Shown here: positions 53,216 through 64,000 of the stretch, piece by piece | How positions within the stretch are numbered: the first letter of the stretch is position 1 | Layout of the letters: every line of letters begins with the position of its first letter | Assembly: GCA_964016885.1 (NCBI GenBank) | Contig: OZ024743.1 | Location: 11,098,001-11,162,000 of the forward strand | Origin: Eledone cirrhosa | Taxonomy: Eukaryota | Direction: 5' to 3' | DNA: 64,000 nucleotides | Notes under the pieces: generated by a model | Told to the model about the DNA's origin: nothing | The model's database searches: none | The model's input: only the letters and a program-made list of their open reading frames with translations | Position numbers and translations under genes: made by a program

Positions 53216-53957
53216 TAAAATACGTAGTTTAGAAAGCCACAATAATGCAGATGGGAAATCTCGAGGTAGGAAGTGAATGATAGATAGAAGAAATAGGAGA
53301 AGGTGAAAATTGAGAGAGACAAAGATGAAAACAAAACAAAGGTAGAAGGGTTACCGTAGTGGAGATTTAATCCCAATATTTCGGGCTCACGCCCATCAAC
53401 GGGGGAAAGTTCCAAAAAGGGGGGGAACAGGCTAAGCCGGAGAAAGTTGTGATGTCGTTAAAACAGGAATGCCGTTATGGGGAGAAAATTTAAATGAGGG
53501 AAAGAATGCGCGTGCGCGTGATAGGCTGTGGCAAAAGCTACTGACCAAATGGGTAAATCAAGAGGGTGCGCTAGCGTGTGAAACCCATTTGGTCAGTAGC
53601 TTTTGCCACAGCCTATCACGCGCACGCGCATTCTTTCCCTCATTTAAATTTTACCCCATAACGGCATTCCTGTTTTAACGACATCACAACTTTCTCCGGC
53701 TTAGCCTGTTCCCCCCCTTTTTGGAACTTTCCCCCGTTGATGGGCGGGAGCCCGAAATATTGGGATTAAATCTCCACTACGGTAACCCTTCTACCTTTGT
53801 TTTGTTTTCATCTTTGTCTCTCTCAAATTTCACCTTTTCCTATTTCTCCTATCTATCATTCACTTCCTACCTCGAGATTTCCCATCTGCATTGTTGTGGC
53901 TTTCTAAACTACGTATTTTACACATTTCACAATGCTTCAAGCAAACTTTAACACCCT

Positions 53958-53960
<3 letters not shown>
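53216..53960. mobile_element. Long inverted-repeat insert (about 340-bp arms, 28-bp spacer) with hammerhead-like motifs and 3' tail
   Basis: Arms 53216-53554 and 53583-53920; TCCC-CCGTTGA-t-GGGC-ggga-GCCC-GAAA-TA-TT-GGGA at 53730-53765 (mirror 53371-53406); tail catttcacaatgcttcaag. Confidence 0.85.
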
Positions 53961-53994
<34 letters not shown>

Positions 53995-54075
53995 GGGGGG
54001 GGGGGGTATTTGTATATATCAATTGATCAATACCAGCACACGGAAAATAATGACGAATCGATTACAACGTAATTG

Positions 54076-54149
<74 letters not shown>

Positions 54150-54173
54150 CGTATATGTATATATGTATATATG

Positions 54174-54206
<33 letters not shown>

Positions 54207-54215
54207 ATGTGTGTG

Positions 54216-54253
<38 letters not shown>

Positions 54254-54302
54254 TAAAAGATCGGAGGCCATGTTCACTTAGTTCCGGTTTATTTAAAACT
54301 AA

Positions 54303-54356
54303 GTTATACATATTTCACTGGGGACTATCAGTTTCGATAGCCCGAGCTCTTCAGAC
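54303..54356 (-). ncRNA. Hammerhead motif (weak stem I)
   Basis: gt-CTGAAGA-gctc-GGGCTATCG-aaac-TGATAGTCC-ccagt-GAAA-TATGTA-TA-ac. Confidence 0.6.
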
Positions 54357-54735
54357 GGCAGAACCTAAAATAAACACTGAAAGTTCCTAATAAACCTTTA
54401 AATTTGAAAAAATCCGATAATTTCCCCGAAAAATATTTTCTTTTCATGATACAGGGGCCGGTCGAACGCGTGGTGTTGTTTCTTGGAGGTCGCCATGACA
54501 TGATCGCAGTTCAAAACATATTTAACAAGACTTATATCAGTTTATTACGTATAAACATATTGTATATGCGTTAATATACCCCTCTATTATATATATATAT
54601 ATATATACATATATAATCTGAGTATTTCGAATGTTAATAATAATATTCGATTCGTTTGCAATTATACAAACAGCCGCTTTTAAGCTATATCAGTAAAATG
54701 AACCCGATAACAATTTGTTATATATATATATATCT

Positions 54736-54837
<102 letters not shown>

Positions 54838-54885
54838 CAAAGTAACAGGAGGCATGTTCTGCTGTAAATCCTTGAAAGGTTTATT

Positions 54886-54943
54886 TTACTATGATCATTT
54901 CAATGACCGGGTTCAGTATGAATCCGGTGACATCATCAGGTAA
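54886..54943 (-). ncRNA. Type I hammerhead ribozyme in a short TA-embedded insert
   Basis: TTAC-CTGATGA-(stem II with ACCGG/CCGGT and TTCA/TGAA)-GAAA-TGATCA-TA-GTAA-aataaa. Confidence 0.8.
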
Positions 54944-54945
54944 TT

Positions 54946-54992
<47 letters not shown>

Positions 54993-55463
54993 AATATATA
55001 TATATATATACATAAATATATATATATATATATATATACATAAATATATATATATATATATATACATAAATATATATATATATATACATAAATATATATA
55101 TATATATATATACATAAATATATATATATATATATATATACATAAATATATATATATATATACATAAATATATATATATATATACATAAATATATATATA
55201 TATATATATACATAAATATATATATATATATATATATATACATACATAAATGTATATATATATATACATAAATATATATATATATATATATATACATAAA
55301 TATATATATATACATAAATATATTTATATATATACATAAATATATATATATACATAAATATATATATATGTATATACATAAATATATGTATATACATAAA
55401 TATATGTATATATACATAAATATATATATATACATAAATATATATATATGTATATACATAAAT

Positions 55464-55495
<32 letters not shown>

Positions 55496-55600
55496 CATAT
55501 ATATATATACATAAATATATATATATATACATAAATATATATATATATATACATAAATATAATATATAAGAACAAAAGATGGTTAAAAGAGTTCCATGTA

Positions 55601-55667
55601 TTTTATTATACGCATTTCAAAAACAAATATCATCATGCAATAATATTTGTGTTTTCTTCAGATAAAA
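55601..55667 (-). ncRNA. Type I hammerhead ribozyme (inverted partner of 56364-56434)
   Basis: TTTTAT-CTGAAGA-long AT-rich stem II-GAAA-TGCGTA-TA-ATAAAA. Confidence 0.75.
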
Positions 55668-55771
55668 CAGGAAGACATGATATGAAGTTTAAAAAAAACA
55701 CTTGTGGATAGTTCAGCTTTAAATCAACATATAAAACTCACCTCCTACATTATACATAAATATATATATAC

Positions 55772-55850
<79 letters not shown>

Positions 55851-55852
55851 CA

Positions 55853-55937
<85 letters not shown>

Positions 55938-55942
55938 GTATA

Positions 55943-56087
<145 letters not shown>

Positions 56088-56108
56088 GTGTATATATATG
56101 TATATATG

Positions 56109-56298
<190 letters not shown>

Positions 56299-56363
56299 CA
56301 ACATATGTTGATTTAAAACTGCACTATTGACAAGTGTTTTTTAACCTTCATATCATGTCTTCC

Positions 56364-56434
56364 TATTGTATCTGATGAAAACACAAATATTATTGCCTGA
56401 TGATATTTGTTTTTGAAATGCGCATAATAAAATA
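56364..56434 (+). ncRNA. Type I hammerhead ribozyme
   Basis: TATTGTAT-CTGATGA-aaac-ACAAATATTATT-gcct-GATGATATTTGT-tttt-GAAA-TGCGCA-TA-ATAAAATA. Confidence 0.8.
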
Positions 56435-56462
56435 CATGGAACTCTTTTAACCATCTTTTGAG

Positions 56463-59126
<2,664 letters not shown>

Positions 59127-59238
59127 TAGAATATTCGAAAATATTCTGTATGTTTATAATAAACATTTTGAAGACCTAATCGCTATAGAATAGAATACGT
59201 CACGTATTACAATTAGATTCTCGATAAAAGCAAGGGAA

Positions 59239-59281
59239 GTAATCTACGCGTTTCATTCTTGTTAGAATTCATCAGGACTAC
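59239..59281 (-). ncRNA. Type I hammerhead, left arm (7 copies every 310 bp, last at 61099-61141)
   Basis: Reverse complement of the 61588-61630 motif. Confidence 0.9.
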
Positions 59282-61587
59282 ATATCCAGTGCTTTTATCG
59301 AGAATGACACAGCTAGAGACTTATAGAATACTTAGCTGTGTACTGGAACTGGTTTGAAAGAGCGGTTGCCGGTCCGGCAGAAATTAGAAATTGGAATAAA
59401 TGCTCTGAAATAGCGATATATATGTGAGTATAGACATAGAATATTCGAAAATATTCTGTATGTTTATAATAAACATTTTGAAGACCTAATCGCTATAGAA
59501 TAGAATACGTCACGTATTACAATTAGATTCTCGATAAAAGCAAGGGAAGTAATCTACGCGTTTCATTCTTGTTAGAATTCATCAGGACTACATATCCAGT
59601 GCTTTTATCGAGAATGACACAGCTAGAGACTTATAGAATACTTAGCTGTGTACTGGAACTGGTTTGAAAGAGCGGTTGCCGGTCCGGCAGAAATTAGAAA
59701 TTGGAATAAATGCTCTGAAATAGCGATATATATGTGAGTATAGACATAGAATATTCGAAAATATTCTGTATGTTTATAATAAACATTTTGAAGACCTAAT
59801 CGCTATAGAATAGAATACGTCACGTATTACAATTAGATTCTCGATAAAAGCAAGGGAAGTAATCTACGCGTTTCATTCTTGTTAGAATTCATCAGGACTA
59901 CATATCCAGTGCTTTTATCGAGAATGACACAGCTAGAGACTTATAGAATACTTAGCTGTGTACTGGAACTGGTTTGAAAGAGCGGTTGCCGGTCCGGCAG
60001 AAATTAGAAATTGGAATAAATGCTCTGAAATAGCGATATATATGTGAGTATAGACATAGAATATTCGAAAATATTCTGTATGTTTATAATAAACATTTTG
60101 AAGACCTAATCGCTATAGAATAGAATACGTCACGTATTACAATTAGATTCTCGATAAAAGCAAGGGAAGTAATCTACGCGTTTCATTCTTGTTAGAATTC
60201 ATCAGGACTACATATCCAGTGCTTTTATCGAGAATGACACAGCTAGAGACTTATAGAATACTTAGCTGTGTACTGGAACTGGTTTGAAAGAGCGGTTGCC
60301 GGTCCGGCAGAAATTAGAAATTGGAATAAATGCTCTGAAATAGCGATATATATGTGAGTATAGACATAGAATATTCGAAAATATTCTGTATGTTTATAAT
60401 AAACATTTTGAAGACCTAATCGCTATAGAATAGAATACGTCACGTATTACAATTAGATTCTCGATAAAAGCAAGGGAAGTAATCTACGCGTTTCATTCTT
60501 GTTAGAATTCATCAGGACTACATATCCAGTGCTTTTATCGAGAATGACACAGCTAGAGACTTATAGAATACTTAGCTGTGTACTGGAACTGGTTTGAAAG
60601 AGCGGTTGCCGGTCCGGCAGAAATTAGAAATTGGAATAAATGCTCTGAAATAGCGATATATATGTGAGTATAGACATAGAATATTCGAAAATATTCTGTA
60701 TGTTTATAATAAACATTTTGAAGACCTAATCGCTATAGAATAGAATACGTCACGTATTACAATTAGATTCTCGATAAAAGCAAGGGAAGTAATCTACGCG
60801 TTTCATTCTTGTTAGAATTCATCAGGACTACATATCCAGTGCTTTTATCGAGAATGACACAGCTAGAGACTTATAGAATACTTAGCTGTGTACTGGAACT
60901 GGTTTGAAAGAGCGGTTGCCGGTCCGGCAGAAATTAGAAATTGGAATAAATGCTCTGAAATAGCGATATATATGTGAGTATAGACATAGAATATTCGAAA
61001 ATATTCTGTATGTTTATAATAAACATTTTGAAGACCTAATCGCTATAGAATAGAATACGTCACGTATTACAATTAGATTCTCGATAAAAGCAAGGGAAGT
61101 AATCTACGCGTTTCATTCTTGTTAGAATTCATCAGGACTACATATCCAGTGCTTTTATCGAGAATGACACAGCTAGAGACTTATAGAATACTTAGCTGTG
61201 TACTGGAACTGGTTTGAAAGAGCGGTTGCCGGTCCGGCAGAAATTAGAAATTGGAATAAATGCTCTGAAATAGCGATATATATGTGAGTATAGACATAGA
61301 ATATTCGAAAATATTCTGTATGTTTATTCTTTTATCGAGAATCTAATTGTAATACGTGACGTATTCTATTCTATAGCGATTAGGTCTTCAAAATGTTTAT
61401 TATAAACATACAGAATATTTTCGAATATTCTATGTCTATACTCACATATATATCGCTATTTCAGAGCATTTATTCCAATTTCTAATTTCTGCCGGACCGG
61501 CAACCGCTCTTTCAAACCAGTTCCAGTACACAGCTAAGTATTCTATAAGTCTCTAGCTGTGTCATTCTCGATAAAAGCACTGGATAT

Positions 61588-61630
61588 GTAGTCCTGATGA
61601 ATTCTAACAAGAATGAAACGCGTAGATTAC
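61588..61630 (+). ncRNA. Type I hammerhead, right arm (second copy 61898-61940)
   Basis: GTAGTC-CTGATGA-ATTCT-aaca-AGAAT-GAAA-CGCG-TA-GATTAC: 6-bp stem I with one G-U, palindromic stem III, GUA site. Confidence 0.92.
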
Positions 61631-62099
61631 TTCCCTTGCTTTTATCGAGAATCTAATTGTAATACGTGACGTATTCTATTCTATAGCGATTAGGTCTTCA
61701 AAATGTTTATTATAAACATACAGAATATTTTCGAATATTCTATGTCTATACTCACATATATATCGCTATTTCAGAGCATTTATTCCAATTTCTAATTTCT
61801 GCCGGACCGGCAACCGCTCTTTCAAACCAGTTCCAGTACACAGCTAAGTATTCTATAAGTCTCTAGCTGTGTCATTCTCGATAAAAGCACTGGATATGTA
61901 GTCCTGATGAATTCTAACAAGAATGAAACGCGTAGATTACTTCCCTTGCTTTTATCGAGAATCTAATTGTAATACGTGACGTATTCTATTCTATAGCGAT
62001 TAGGTCTTCAAAATGTTTATTATAAACATACAGAATATTTTCGAATATTCTATGTCTATACTCACATATATATCGCTATTTCAGAGCATTTATTCCAAT

Positions 62100-63385
<1,286 letters not shown>

Positions 63386-64000
63386 ATATACAAATTTATA
63401 TAATAAATTTATATCTATATATATACAAAATGATATGAAACGAAATGAGCTGTGTGGTTACTAAAAACAAGGTTTTGGGTGGTGGTTAGGACGGAACAAG
63501 AGGAGAAAGGAAGAAAGGTGTTTCCTTCGTCAGCTGTAAATGTTTCCCGAACCGATGTTTCGGTGCTGAATTACAGGACATCGGTGGAGTTCGGGTGCAC
63601 CCGAGGCCTTTTATTAATCAAAAGGCGGCCAGGAGGAAAAGGAGAGAGAAAGGGAGAAAAAAAGGGGAGAAAAAAGGAGAGAGAAAACGAAAGAGAGGGA
63701 ATATTTATGTGTGTGTGTTTGCGTGTGTATTATATATACATACTATGCCCAGTTTCTTGATATTGTAAAATAGACACTGTTTTCCTCATGTGTTTGTATG
63801 TACACCCCCCCCCCCACACACACACACACCATACACAATAACGTAAGAAAATACCTACACACGCACACACATGCTCATGTGCGTGCACACACACATACTT
63901 AAATTTAGACGCATTTTCCGCATACACACATGCAAGTGACATTTATGCACATATACTGTTACACATATTTTTACATATTCATACTCACCAGAAACGTAGA

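Larger units (their letters stand above)
59119..62099. mobile_element. Fold-back tandem array of a 310-bp hammerhead-containing unit (retrozyme-like)
   Basis: Unit starts at 59121, 59431, 59741 ... 61291 (7.1 copies), then about 2.5 inverted copies 61329-62099; copies look identical by eye. Confidence 0.92.

Overview
AT-rich, repeat-saturated animal genomic DNA. The tRNA-derived SINEs, RTE and L1/Tx1 remnants and very long (TA)n/(CA)n/(GA)n tracts suggest an octopus or other coleoid cephalopod (inference). No host protein-coding gene can be supported. The window holds an internally deleted Helitron (11265-15796), a 5'-truncated Penelope-like element (PLE) with RT and GIY-YIG domains (about 27575-31560, Naiad-like), a second PLE GIY-YIG fragment between inverted pseudo-LTRs (about 937-2060), a decayed Buster-type hAT transposase, a pogo/Tigger-like MITE, and many SINE and LINE fragments. 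The main hidden signal is roughly 28 minimal type I hammerhead ribozyme motifs (CUGANGA-stem II-GAAA-stem III-NUH, with stem III usually a short palindrome), almost all in small non-coding inserts within (TA)n tracts. Two inserts are fold-back arrays of near-identical ribozyme-bearing monomers: a 466-bp unit at 22890-26306 and a 310-bp unit at 59119-62099. In each, a tandem run flips orientation so that the ribozyme-sense strands point outward into the TA tracts. Several smaller palindromic inserts share this geometry. This looks like a family of non-autonomous, retrozyme-like RNAs copied from circular or multimeric templates into both ends of a TA-microsatellite break, plausibly by PLE RT/GIY-YIG. 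All structures were read by eye; no folding, alignment or database search was run.
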